From contig CAVPQB010000004.1 in NCBI GenBank assembly GCA_963707505.1, forward strand, positions 960,001 through 1,024,000: a DNA stretch of 64,000 nt. The letters are read 5' to 3'. Positions within the stretch are counted from its first letter, which is position 1. Each line of letters begins with the position of its first letter. Source of the DNA: an uncultured Gemmatimonadales bacterium (GTDB taxonomy: Bacteria > Gemmatimonadota > Gemmatimonadetes > Gemmatimonadales > Gemmatimonadaceae). Positions 44,199-52,929 of the stretch are shown piece after piece. Below the pieces are notes generated by a model. It searched no databases. It worked only from the letters and a program-made list of their open reading frames with translations, and was not told the origin of the DNA. Made by a program: the position numbers and the translations under genes.

Positions 44199-45761
44199 AT
44201 GCTGTCTGAAGATTCTGATTCATCGATACTTGTCGGCGCTCTCGCGGACATAGCCGTTTGTCTATCGGATGCGCGGCCGACGGAACTCGTCGCGCAGGAC
44301 GTGCTCGAGCGCGCCCATGTAACGATCGGTGCGTCCGAGCTGGCGGCGTGGTTGGATGTGGGTGGCGAGCTTCTGCGAACCTGGGGGGCGGGTCCGGAGG
44401 AGGCGTCCCTGGATGAGCTTCGGGCAGCGATGGCCGGTGCCGCGCCTGGGATAGTTGCACGCGAGATGAGCTTTGGGCCGCGCCGGGTGGGCGTCTTGCT
44501 GGCGCGGTTCGGCGCCGACGCAGGGGAGCCGGTGGAGCGCTTTCTGGAAGCGCTCGCTGCGTTGCTTGCTGCGTTCGTCGCGAACTCCGAGCGCTCCCGG
44601 AGACTCGAGGGCGATCTTCAGATCCGGATGCGCGAGGTGCAGGAGCAGAAGCGGTTCACGGAAACCGTGCTCGATCTGCTCCCGCTCGGCCTGTACGTCA
44701 TCGATCGCGATTACCGGATCACGGTCTGGAATCGCAAGCGCGAGACCGGGATGCAGGGCGTGTCGCGCGACGAGGCGATCGGCCGCACGATCTTCGAGAT
44801 CCTGCACCGTCAGCCGGAGGACGTTGTTCGTCGCGAATTCGACGAGGTATTCGCTACGGGCAAGACGCAGCAATTTCAGACCGAATCCAGCGCCAGCGGC
44901 GCTCTCCGTACGTACAGGCTGTCCAAGATTCCGATACGCGATCAGACAGGCGTCGTCACACACATCATCACGATCGGTGAGGACATCACCGATTGGGTGG
45001 AAGCGCGCGAAGCCGTAGCTCAGAACGAGAAGCTCGCCGCGATCGGTCGCCTTGCTGCGGGGATCATGCACGAGATAAACAATCCGCTCGCGACGATCGC
45101 TGCGTGCGCGGAGACCATGGCGCTAGAAACGAGAGTTGATGGCAACTCGCAAGGCGCGCATGACAGCGCGTCCGCCCTTGCGTCCGACAGCGCGTCCGAC
45201 GGCGCGCCGGAGTATCTCAAGATCATCGAGAGCGAAGTTCAGCGTTGCAAACGCATCATCGACGGACTGCTTGATTTCAGCCGGCCGCGCGCGCAGGAAC
45301 GGCAATCTCTACACGTGAACACCGTCGTCGAGCGCGCGCTGTTCCTTCTCAAGCATCACGGGCGTTTCAAGCAGCTCACCGTTCAGGCTGAGCTCGGAAC
45401 CGAGCTTGCGACCGTACACGCGAGCTCCGAGCAGTTGATTCAGGTAATGATTGCGCTATTGATGAATGCTGCGGACGCGATGCCGCAGTACGGGCGAGTG
45501 CTCATACGCACGCGTGCAGCGCCGCGGGGTGCGAAGCACGTCGTGATCGAAGTACAGGATGAAGGATCGGGGATGACGCGTAACGAGATGTCGCGCATCT
45601 TCGAGCCATTTTATACAACGAAAGAGCCGGGCCGGGGTACAGGGCTCGGACTCGCAATCTGCCATGGAATCGTTGCCGACCACGGGGGTCGCATCGAGGT
45701 ATCCAGCGAACCTGGCAAGGGAACGCGTTTCACAATTCTTTTGCCGATGGAGGAAGCATGA
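44199..45761 (+). CDS. Cytoplasmic PAS sensor histidine kinase (NtrB-like)
   Basis: PAS domain, EKLAAIGRLAAGIMHEINNPL, NAADA, DEGSG, FYTTK..GTGLGL. Confidence 0.92.
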   Translation: MLSEDSDSSILVGALADIAVCLSDARPTELVAQDVLERAHVTIGASELAAWLDVGGELLRTWGAGPEEASLDELRAAMAGAAPGIVAREMSFGPRRVGVLLARFGADAGEPVERFLEALAALLAAFVANSERSRRLEGDLQIRMREVQEQKRFTETVLDLLPLGLYVIDRDYRITVWNRKRETGMQGVSRDEAIGRTIFEILHRQPEDVVRREFDEVFATGKTQQFQTESSASGALRTYRLSKIPIRDQTGVVTHIITIGEDITDWVEAREAVAQNEKLAAIGRLAAGIMHEINNPLATIAACAETMALETRVDGNSQGAHDSASALASDSASDGAPEYLKIIESEVQRCKRIIDGLLDFSRPRAQERQSLHVNTVVERALFLLKHHGRFKQLTVQAELGTELATVHASSEQLIQVMIALLMNAADAMPQYGRVLIRTRAAPRGAKHVVIEVQDEGSGMTRNEMSRIFEPFYTTKEPGRGTGLGLAICHGIVADHGGRIEVSSEPGKGTRFTILLPMEEA

Positions 45762-47095
45762 GCGCCGACGGGAGTGCCCCAATCCGTGTGCTGATTGCCG
45801 AGGATGAGGAGCACCTTGGCGCAATTCTCGAGCATTTCTTGAGAAGCCGCGGTTATGCCGTCACGATGTGTCGCGACGGCCGTGCTGCGCTGACCGAGCT
45901 GCATTCGGTTCCGTACGACGTCGCGCTGATCGACATCGTGATGCCTGAGATGGATGGGCTCGAAGTGTTGCGCCATCTGCAGAACGAGCCCGCACCGCCG
46001 GAGGTGATCATAATCACCGGCAATGGCACGATCGACACGGCGATAACCGCCATCAAGCTGGGCGCCTACGACTACATCTCCAAGCCGTACAGAATGGCGG
46101 AGATTGACGTGATGGTACGGCGTGCGTGGGAAAAGCGCGAGCTCGGGAAGGCCAACGTCATGTTGCGTGCACGGACGCGTGAGCTGCCCTCGGAGATGAC
46201 CAGCAGGAATCCACTGATGCGCGAGGTGCTGGGCCGTCTGCCGGCGCTGGCACAATCCGATGCGCCAGTGGTCATCAAGGGGGAGCGCGGCGTGGGCAAG
46301 AGTTACGTTGCGCGATATCTGCATGCACTGTCCGGACGCGTGCGCGACTCGCTCATCGAAGTGCGGCAGGGCCGCGGTGCGCTGACTGGCGCAGCAACGC
46401 TCGTTGGACGGCAGGGAGTGCCATCTGGCGGAGCTATGCCGACGGGTGCATTTCTGGCGGCGGATCGTGGAACGACGGTGATCGACATCGCTGCACTCGA
46501 AGAAGAAGCGCGTGGCGTCTTGCGTGACGTAATTATTTCCAACACGTTCATGCGCCTTGGCGGATCACATTCACTTCCGCTCACCACGCGCCTGGTGATC
46601 TGTGTGGACGATCCCGCTGACGGTTTCGCCTCTTCGATCGGCGCCGAGCAGCTGACGATTCCACCGCTTCGCACTCGCCACGAAGATCTTGCGCCGCTCG
46701 TCGCGGAGCTATTGGCCGAGCAGACGGGACCGGTTCACACGATTGCGGCGGAGGCGTTCGATGTGCTTGCATCCTACACGTGGCCGGGCAACGTTCGCGA
46801 GCTCGGTGTGGTGCTGGCGCGTTGCGCGCTTCTCGCGCCCAAGGAAAACATCTCCGCCGGTGACATTCGTCTGCTGCTGGCCACCGGGGCAGTGGGTGTC
46901 GAAGGGCGGGGTGCGCCCCTATCCGACCTGGAAAAGCTGCATATTGAAGCGATGCTAGTCCGATTTCATTGGCACCAGGGCCGCGCCGCCGAGGCGCTTG
47001 GCATATCGACCAAGACGCTGTATCGCAAGATGCGCGAGTTCGGCTTTCGCCGTCCGCGCAAGCGCAAGTTTGCGAGGATGCGGTCTGAGGAATGA
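45758..47095 (+). CDS. NtrC-like response regulator (REC - degenerate AAA+ - Fis HTH)
   Basis: Intact REC (AEDE, DIVMP, T, KP), GERGVGKS, PPLR, WPGNVREL, AAEALGISTKTLYRK; GAFTGA and Walker B degenerate. Confidence 0.88.
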   Translation: MSADGSAPIRVLIAEDEEHLGAILEHFLRSRGYAVTMCRDGRAALTELHSVPYDVALIDIVMPEMDGLEVLRHLQNEPAPPEVIIITGNGTIDTAITAIKLGAYDYISKPYRMAEIDVMVRRAWEKRELGKANVMLRARTRELPSEMTSRNPLMREVLGRLPALAQSDAPVVIKGERGVGKSYVARYLHALSGRVRDSLIEVRQGRGALTGAATLVGRQGVPSGGAMPTGAFLAADRGTTVIDIAALEEEARGVLRDVIISNTFMRLGGSHSLPLTTRLVICVDDPADGFASSIGAEQLTIPPLRTRHEDLAPLVAELLAEQTGPVHTIAAEAFDVLASYTWPGNVRELGVVLARCALLAPKENISAGDIRLLLATGAVGVEGRGAPLSDLEKLHIEAMLVRFHWHQGRAAEALGISTKTLYRKMREFGFRRPRKRKFARMRSEE

Positions 47096-47760
47096 AGATC
47101 CTCGTTATCGAGGACGATCCGACCGTCGGGCAGTTCGTGAAACGGGGGTTGGAGGAGCAGCGCTGGACCGTTGATCTCGCGGAGAACGGAAATGATGGAG
47201 AAACGCTCGCTACGGCGGGCGACTACGATCTCGTCATTCTCGACATGCGCCTTCCGGGGAAGTCGGGGATGGAGGTGCTTCACGACCTTCGCGCGCGCAA
47301 CTTCCAGCGTCCCGTACTCGTGCTGACCGCGCAGGACGCGGTGGATGCGAAGGTACAGACGCTGCGCGCCGGCGCCGACGACTACGTGACGAAACCGTTC
47401 GCGTTCGAGGAGCTGCTCGCGCGTGTGGAAGCGCTGGCGCGTCGTCCGCGCGCGATGGCGTCGCCCGTCATGCAGGTTGCCGATCTGACGCTCGACGTCG
47501 ACACGCGCGAGGTAAGGCGAGCCGGCAATCTCATAGAGCTTACGCCCAAGGAGTACACGGTCCTCGAGTACCTGATGCGACATCACGGTCGCGTGATGAG
47601 CAGAACTTTGATCACCGAGTACGCCTGGGGATATCACTTCGATCCTGGAACCAACATCGTGGACGTTGTGATCAATCACCTTCGCAAGAAGATCGACGCC
47701 GATCACGAGAAGAAGCTGATCTCGACCGTGCGCGGCGTCGGGTACGTTGTGCGCGGATGA
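47092..47760 (+). CDS. OmpR-family response regulator
   Basis: LDMRLP, AGADDYVTKPF, LTPKEY, VDVVINHLRKK, TVRGVGY. Confidence 0.95.
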   Translation: MKILVIEDDPTVGQFVKRGLEEQRWTVDLAENGNDGETLATAGDYDLVILDMRLPGKSGMEVLHDLRARNFQRPVLVLTAQDAVDAKVQTLRAGADDYVTKPFAFEELLARVEALARRPRAMASPVMQVADLTLDVDTREVRRAGNLIELTPKEYTVLEYLMRHHGRVMSRTLITEYAWGYHFDPGTNIVDVVINHLRKKIDADHEKKLISTVRGVGYVVRG

Positions 47761-49232
47761 TTCCAGCGCGGTTGAAGCTGACGTTTGTTTTCGCTGGTGC
47801 GATGGCAGTGACCGGCGGCGCACTGGGAATAGCAGTTTCCGCTTCACGCACCGCTGGCGCATACAGCGCGATCGCGCGCGAGGCACTGGCAGACGGCGAT
47901 CTCGCGATGCGTATCATCGATCAGGCGTCGAGGGATCGAGAGCCCGTCGTGGTACGGGATTCATCGGGCGTTGAGCAGATCGCGCGCTCGGTTGCGGCAC
48001 GGCTGGAAGTGATCCCGGGGTATGTCGTGATCGTGGGCCGAAAGGCGAACGTCGTATTCACGTCGTTCGACGCGCGTGACCTGTCGGACGACGACTGGAC
48101 AACGTTGCAGCATGGCATCACCGATCTCCCCGACGACGGACCAGCTGGCGTCATCAGCGTCGGACAGGAACGCATTCTGTTCGTGGCACACGCGATACAC
48201 GACAGCACCACGCGGCTGAGCCGCGTGGTTGCGGGCGTGCGGGTGCGCGGTGCTCAGAGTTTACCGACCGAGCTTGTGACGACGCTCTTCGCAGTCATGC
48301 CGCTCGCCATCGCGCTTGCGTCCTGGGGGATGTGGCTGATGCTCGGCGGTACGTTCCGCAGAATCGAGCGCGTGCGGCGCGGCGTTGCCGACATCACGGA
48401 TGGTCGCAGTCTGCACCGGCGATTGTCGGATGACGAGGCGAGTCCCGAAATCGCCGCACTGATCGATACGTTGAATTCAATGATAGCACGGCTCGAGACG
48501 TCGTTCGCCGCATTGCGGCGTTTCACCGCTGACGCGAGTCACGAACTCAAGACGCCGCTTGCAGTGTTGCGTGCGGACGTCGAGCGAGCGATGAGTGCGA
48601 CTACACGAAAGGACGATCGTCTAGTCGCACTCGAAGAAGCACTGCACGAGACGACGCGCATGGCGGACCTCGTCGAGAGCCTGCTCACGCTTGCGCGCGC
48701 GGATGAGGGACGGTTCGATCTGTACCGCGAGCGCGTCGATCTGAGCGAGCTGACGCAGGAAGTGTACGAAACTGCGCTCATACTGGGCGAGGGTGCGGGT
48801 GTCGCAGTGAATCTCCCATTCACTACCGAAGTCACGATCGCGGGAGATCGCACACGACTGCGGCAATTGTTTCTCAACCTCGTAACCAACGCGATCAAGT
48901 ACACGCCGCGTGGCGGGCGCGTCGACATTGGACTTGGGCGCCATCCTGACAACGTGACGTTCGCAGTGCGCGATACCGGAGCCGGAATCGCTGCCGCGGA
49001 TCTACCGCATATCTTCGAGCGCTTCTGGCGCGCCGATCGCGCGCGATCGCGCACTGCGGAGCGCGGCGGATTCGGATTGGGTCTTGCGATCAGCCAGTGG
49101 ATTGCGCAGGCTCACGGCGGCACGCTCACCGTGCAGTCGCGGCTGGGGAAGGGATCGTTGTTCACTCTCACACTTCCGCTCGATGCAGCCGACCGGGCGG
49201 AGCCTGACGATGAGACGTTGCCGGACCAGTGA
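47757..49232 (+). CDS. Membrane HAMP sensor histidine kinase
   Basis: Two TM helices, FTADASHELKTPL, NLVTNAIKY, DTGAG, GFGLGL. Confidence 0.93.
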   Translation: MIPARLKLTFVFAGAMAVTGGALGIAVSASRTAGAYSAIAREALADGDLAMRIIDQASRDREPVVVRDSSGVEQIARSVAARLEVIPGYVVIVGRKANVVFTSFDARDLSDDDWTTLQHGITDLPDDGPAGVISVGQERILFVAHAIHDSTTRLSRVVAGVRVRGAQSLPTELVTTLFAVMPLAIALASWGMWLMLGGTFRRIERVRRGVADITDGRSLHRRLSDDEASPEIAALIDTLNSMIARLETSFAALRRFTADASHELKTPLAVLRADVERAMSATTRKDDRLVALEEALHETTRMADLVESLLTLARADEGRFDLYRERVDLSELTQEVYETALILGEGAGVAVNLPFTTEVTIAGDRTRLRQLFLNLVTNAIKYTPRGGRVDIGLGRHPDNVTFAVRDTGAGIAAADLPHIFERFWRADRARSRTAERGGFGLGLAISQWIAQAHGGTLTVQSRLGKGSLFTLTLPLDAADRAEPDDETLPDQ

Positions 49233-49276
49233 TGCAGTGACGCCGCCATGACGATGCGGTCAAAATGCCACCGATG

Positions 49277-49337
49277 TTAATCTTCCGTTAATGTTTTGAA
49301 TTAACTGAAGCTTAATCTCCCGGCCATTCCGGCTTAA
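49277..49337. promoter_or_regulatory. Two TTAA-N7-TTAA direct-repeat boxes plus one in-phase half-site upstream of tonB
   Basis: TTAA at 49277/49288, 49301/49312 and 49334. Confidence 0.55.
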
Positions 49338-49387
49338 TTGTGCGCCAGTATTCTTCTCTCAGTCATTCTGAGGAGCTTGCTGCCGCA

Positions 49388-50101
49388 ATGTTCAACCAGC
49401 TAATCGAGTCGAAGCGCGCCAAGAAGCGCAGCCCGGGGACCGCTGCATTCAGCATTGGTCTGCACGCGGGACTCATCGGGCTCGCGGTCTGGGCGACGGC
49501 TAACGCCGCCATCAAGAACGAGAAGCCGAAGGCGGAGAAGATCGAATTCGTCCAGGTGAAGAAGGACGAGCCGCCTCCGCCCAAGAAGGAGGCACCGCCG
49601 CCGCCAAAGGCGACGGTTGCGCCGCCACCGCCCAAGGGTTTCCAGGTGCCGCAGGCGCCACCGATCGTTCCGGTCAAGATCCCCGACATCGACCTTTCAA
49701 AGAAGGTCACGAACGTCGCTGACTTCAGCGGCAAGGGTGTCGAAGGCGGCGTCGCGAACGGTGTAGTAGGTGGAAAGGGACCGGTCTCGAACACCGAGAC
49801 GTACTTCTCGTTTCAGGTAGAGAAGCCCGCCGCGATGGCATCGGGAACCGTGACACCACAATACCCCGAGACGCTTCGCAGCGCGGGCATCGAGGGAGAA
49901 GTCGACGCGGAATTCACCGTGGATACCACGGGCCGCGTGGATCAGGCCGCGGGGATCAAGATCAACAAGGCTACCAACGATCTGTTCGCCGCCGCTGTCA
50001 AGTCAGCCCTGCCGCGCATGAAGTTCTATCCTGCGGAGATCGGTGGGCACAAGGTCAGGCAGCTCGTGCAGCAACCGTTCACGTTCACGATCACTCATTA
50101 A
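49388..50101 (+). CDS. tonB: Energy transducer TonB
   Basis: TM with SxxLH, Pro/Lys-rich linker, C-terminal YPETLRSAGIEGEV domain. Confidence 0.92.
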   Translation: MFNQLIESKRAKKRSPGTAAFSIGLHAGLIGLAVWATANAAIKNEKPKAEKIEFVQVKKDEPPPPKKEAPPPPKATVAPPPPKGFQVPQAPPIVPVKIPDIDLSKKVTNVADFSGKGVEGGVANGVVGGKGPVSNTETYFSFQVEKPAAMASGTVTPQYPETLRSAGIEGEVDAEFTVDTTGRVDQAAGIKINKATNDLFAAAVKSALPRMKFYPAEIGGHKVRQLVQQPFTFTITH

Positions 50102-50131
50102 CCGTCCCACCATTCCACGGAGTAACGAACA

Positions 50132-50872
50132 ATGCATCTATCGCTGATTGACCTTTGGGGCCAGATGGCCGGTTTCGCCCGCGGCATCGTTTACACGCTC
50201 GCGATCATGTCGATCTGGACCCTGTCGATTTCGATAAAGAAGTGGTGGGATCTCAAGTCGGCCCAGAACGAGACACGCAAGTTCGCGCCCGAGTTCTCGC
50301 AGTTCCTCGAAGAAGACAATCTTGTGGAGGCCGCAAACCTCTCCGAGCGCTACAAGAAGTCGCACGTTGCACGCGTTCTGGCCGGTGCGCTCTCCGAGAC
50401 CCGCGCACTCGTACAGGATGGTTCCGTAACGATCGCCGACATCAACTCTGCAGAGCGCGCGATCGAGCGCGAAATGCTGATGACGATCACCGACCTCAAG
50501 CGCGGTCTTGGAGTGCTCGCGACAAGCGGTGCAACTGCGCCGTTCGTCGGACTGCTCGGAACGACGATGGGTATCATCAACGCCTTCACGGGCATGGCGG
50601 TTTCCGGATCAGGCGGTCTGTCCGCGATTTCCGGCGGTATCTCCGAGGCACTCATCACGACAGCTCTCGGTCTGCTCGTCGCAATTCCGGCAGTGTGGCT
50701 CTTCAACTACTTCCAGACGAAGGTCGACAATCTCACCGCTGAGATGACCTACACGTCCAAGGAAATGATCGACTATCTGATCAAGAACGTTTCGGGCGAG
50801 TTCGGCCGCAGCCGCTTCACGCGCGAATTCAACACCACGGCGACCGCGGGCAACGCCCCGATCTCCAAGTAG
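50132..50872 (+). CDS. exbB: MotA/TolQ/ExbB proton channel
   Basis: LATSGATAPFVGLLGT, GISEALITTALGLLVAIPA. Confidence 0.92.
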   Translation: MHLSLIDLWGQMAGFARGIVYTLAIMSIWTLSISIKKWWDLKSAQNETRKFAPEFSQFLEEDNLVEAANLSERYKKSHVARVLAGALSETRALVQDGSVTIADINSAERAIEREMLMTITDLKRGLGVLATSGATAPFVGLLGTTMGIINAFTGMAVSGSGGLSAISGGISEALITTALGLLVAIPAVWLFNYFQTKVDNLTAEMTYTSKEMIDYLIKNVSGEFGRSRFTREFNTTATAGNAPISK

Positions 50873-51009
50873 TTGCGCGGCGCGGATATGTCCGCGCCTG
50901 CAGTTAGGTAAGGCACGATGACGTAGGGCGCAGATGTCTTTGCGCCTAGGGCCGGCGCCCCGTCCGGCAGACGGGGCGCGGTTCCACACTTTTCGAGGGA
51001 TTCGTATCT

Positions 51010-51498
51010 ATGTCAATGTCAACATCGGGCGGGAACGCGGTTCGCGCGGAACCAAACGTGACTCCGATGATCGACGTCATGCTCGTTCTGCTGATCATTT
51101 TCATGGTCATCATTCCGACGCTGGTGTCGGGAGTGAACGCGCAGCCACCTGCGGGCCAGAACCTCAGGCCGCACCCGCAGCAGGATCAGGATCAGCTTCT
51201 TGGTATCGACAATCAAGGTCAGTACTATCTTAATCGTACTGCGATCCCGAATGCATCACTCAATACCGCGCTCACCGATATCTACAGTAAGCGCACGGAA
51301 GACAAGATTCTCTACGTCAAGGCGGACAAGAATCTCGACTACGGCAAAATTCTCGACGCGCTCGACGTGGCGGCGAAGAGTGGAGTTCGCATGACCGCCA
51401 TGGTCACAGATCAGGCGTCCGGCACTCATTCGTTGATTCAGAGTGACAACATCGAGGCAACCAGCGCGGGCACGCCGAGCAGTGGAGGGCCAAAGTAA
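51010..51498 (+). CDS. exbD: ExbD/TolR family protein
   Basis: NVTPMIDVMLVLLIIFMV, KADKNLDYG. Confidence 0.92.
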   Translation: MSMSTSGGNAVRAEPNVTPMIDVMLVLLIIFMVIIPTLVSGVNAQPPAGQNLRPHPQQDQDQLLGIDNQGQYYLNRTAIPNASLNTALTDIYSKRTEDKILYVKADKNLDYGKILDALDVAAKSGVRMTAMVTDQASGTHSLIQSDNIEATSAGTPSSGGPK

Positions 51499-51923
51499 TG
51501 GCGATGTCAACAGGTGGTGGTCGCGGCGGCTTCACATCCGAGCCGAATCTGACCCCGATGATCGACGTGCTGCTGGTACTTCTCATCATCTTCATGGTGA
51601 TTGTGCCAACGGCTCGGAAGGCGATAGACGTGCAGCTCCCGGATCCGACTGTCCAGCCGACGACTTCACCCAGCACGGATCAGATCGTGCTCGAAGTCCA
51701 GAAGGATGGCACGTATCTGATCAACAAGCAGCCAGTACCACCCGGCGCCGCTGGTCTGAGTCAGATGCTCCACACCACGTTTGACACTCGTCCGGAAAAG
51801 ATCTTGTTCGTGAAGGGCGATCCAGCGGCCAAGTATCAGCAGATCATCCAGGCGATGGACATTGCGCGCGGCGTGATCGGACATAACGCGGTCATTGGCA
51901 TAACGCCCAAGTCGACGCAGTAA
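51498..51923 (+). CDS. exbD: ExbD/TolR family protein (second copy)
   Basis: NLTPMIDVLLVLLIIFMV, KGD. Confidence 0.92.
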   Translation: MAMSTGGGRGGFTSEPNLTPMIDVLLVLLIIFMVIVPTARKAIDVQLPDPTVQPTTSPSTDQIVLEVQKDGTYLINKQPVPPGAAGLSQMLHTTFDTRPEKILFVKGDPAAKYQQIIQAMDIARGVIGHNAVIGITPKSTQ

Positions 51924-51932
51924 GGGTTTCAC

Positions 51933-52721
51933 ATGTATCGTCCGCCCGTTGGAATTCCGCGGCGGGAGCAAAGGCGCTGGCAAGGGTGGTTATTCTCCCT
52001 GCTGGCGCATTTGCTTTTGCTGCTGTTTCTCCTTCGTCCCGCGCTGGATTCGGGGATCGATTACGGTCACCGTGAGGGTGCCGGTGGCGCCGGCCCCGCG
52101 GGCGGCGGTGGAGGCGGCCTGGGCGATAATGCCGCGCCGAGGTTGAGGTTCGTTCAGATCGCACCGCAGTCGGCGCCTGCGGCGGCCGCAGCCATTGCAC
52201 CGCCCGTCAAGCCGGTACCTCCGGTACTTCCGCCAGTTCCAGCGCCTCCGCCTCCCAAGCCAGTTCCAGTGGCGCCTGTAGCTGCGCCGCCAACGACTGT
52301 CGCGACGGGTGCAGCAGCATCTTCGGCAACGGCGGGCGCCGGCAACGGTATTGGAAAGACTGGCGGCGCGGGTACCGGTCCTGGCAGTGGCGGGGGAGTC
52401 GGATCGGGCGAGGGGCCGGGCAAGGGAAGTGGCGTTGGGCCCGGCACAGGAGGTGGCGCGGCAAAGAACTATCCGCCGACGCTCAAGCAGTTCGTTCTCC
52501 CTCCACTCCCAACTCCCGCGAGTGTGCGCGGATTCAAGCTCACTGCCTGGTTCGACGTCGACTCGACGGGCAAGGCCACACTGCTGCGTTTTACACCAAC
52601 TCCCGATCGTGGCTACAACGACAGGGTGCGCGAGGCGCTGCTCGCGCTTCGATTCCGGCCGGCGGTTCGGGCCGATGGTGTCGCGATCCGCGACACGGTG
52701 GACATTCAGGTTCTCTTCTAA
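51933..52721 (+). CDS. Divergent TonB/TolA-like protein (TM, Pro/Gly-rich linker, TonB-like CTD)
   Basis: SLLAH TM motif, Pro- and Gly-rich stretches, FDVDSTG...LRFRPAVRADG. Confidence 0.7.
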   Translation: MYRPPVGIPRREQRRWQGWLFSLLAHLLLLLFLLRPALDSGIDYGHREGAGGAGPAGGGGGGLGDNAAPRLRFVQIAPQSAPAAAAAIAPPVKPVPPVLPPVPAPPPPKPVPVAPVAAPPTTVATGAAASSATAGAGNGIGKTGGAGTGPGSGGGVGSGEGPGKGSGVGPGTGGGAAKNYPPTLKQFVLPPLPTPASVRGFKLTAWFDVDSTGKATLLRFTPTPDRGYNDRVREALLALRFRPAVRADGVAIRDTVDIQVLF

Positions 52722-52929
52722 CCGATTTACCCGAAATCATCTTTGTGACCAATCATGCAAGGTACTCATTATTGCGTAGCACGCCGCGAGGTAAAGCAAT
52801 CGTGAGATCACGTCCTCATGCGCGTCGCGAGAGTCTAGCCTCTCTCTGCGCCGCGCGTTACATTCACGCGAATTTTCCGCTCTGCTCATACATAAATGCA
52901 GAGCGCCGACCCGGAGCCGGAGGGCATGG

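Noticed and set aside
45163..45210. 12-bp imperfect repeat GACAGCGCGTCC in the histidine kinase
   Set aside because: In-frame low-complexity linker (DSAS-ALAS-DSAS); not an array.
52722..52929. Riboswitch in the leader of the amino-acid permease
   Set aside because: There are hairpins (e.g. CGCTCTGC...GCAGAGCG) and a weak ARG half-site, but no riboswitch consensus I can recognise; an Rfam scan would settle it.
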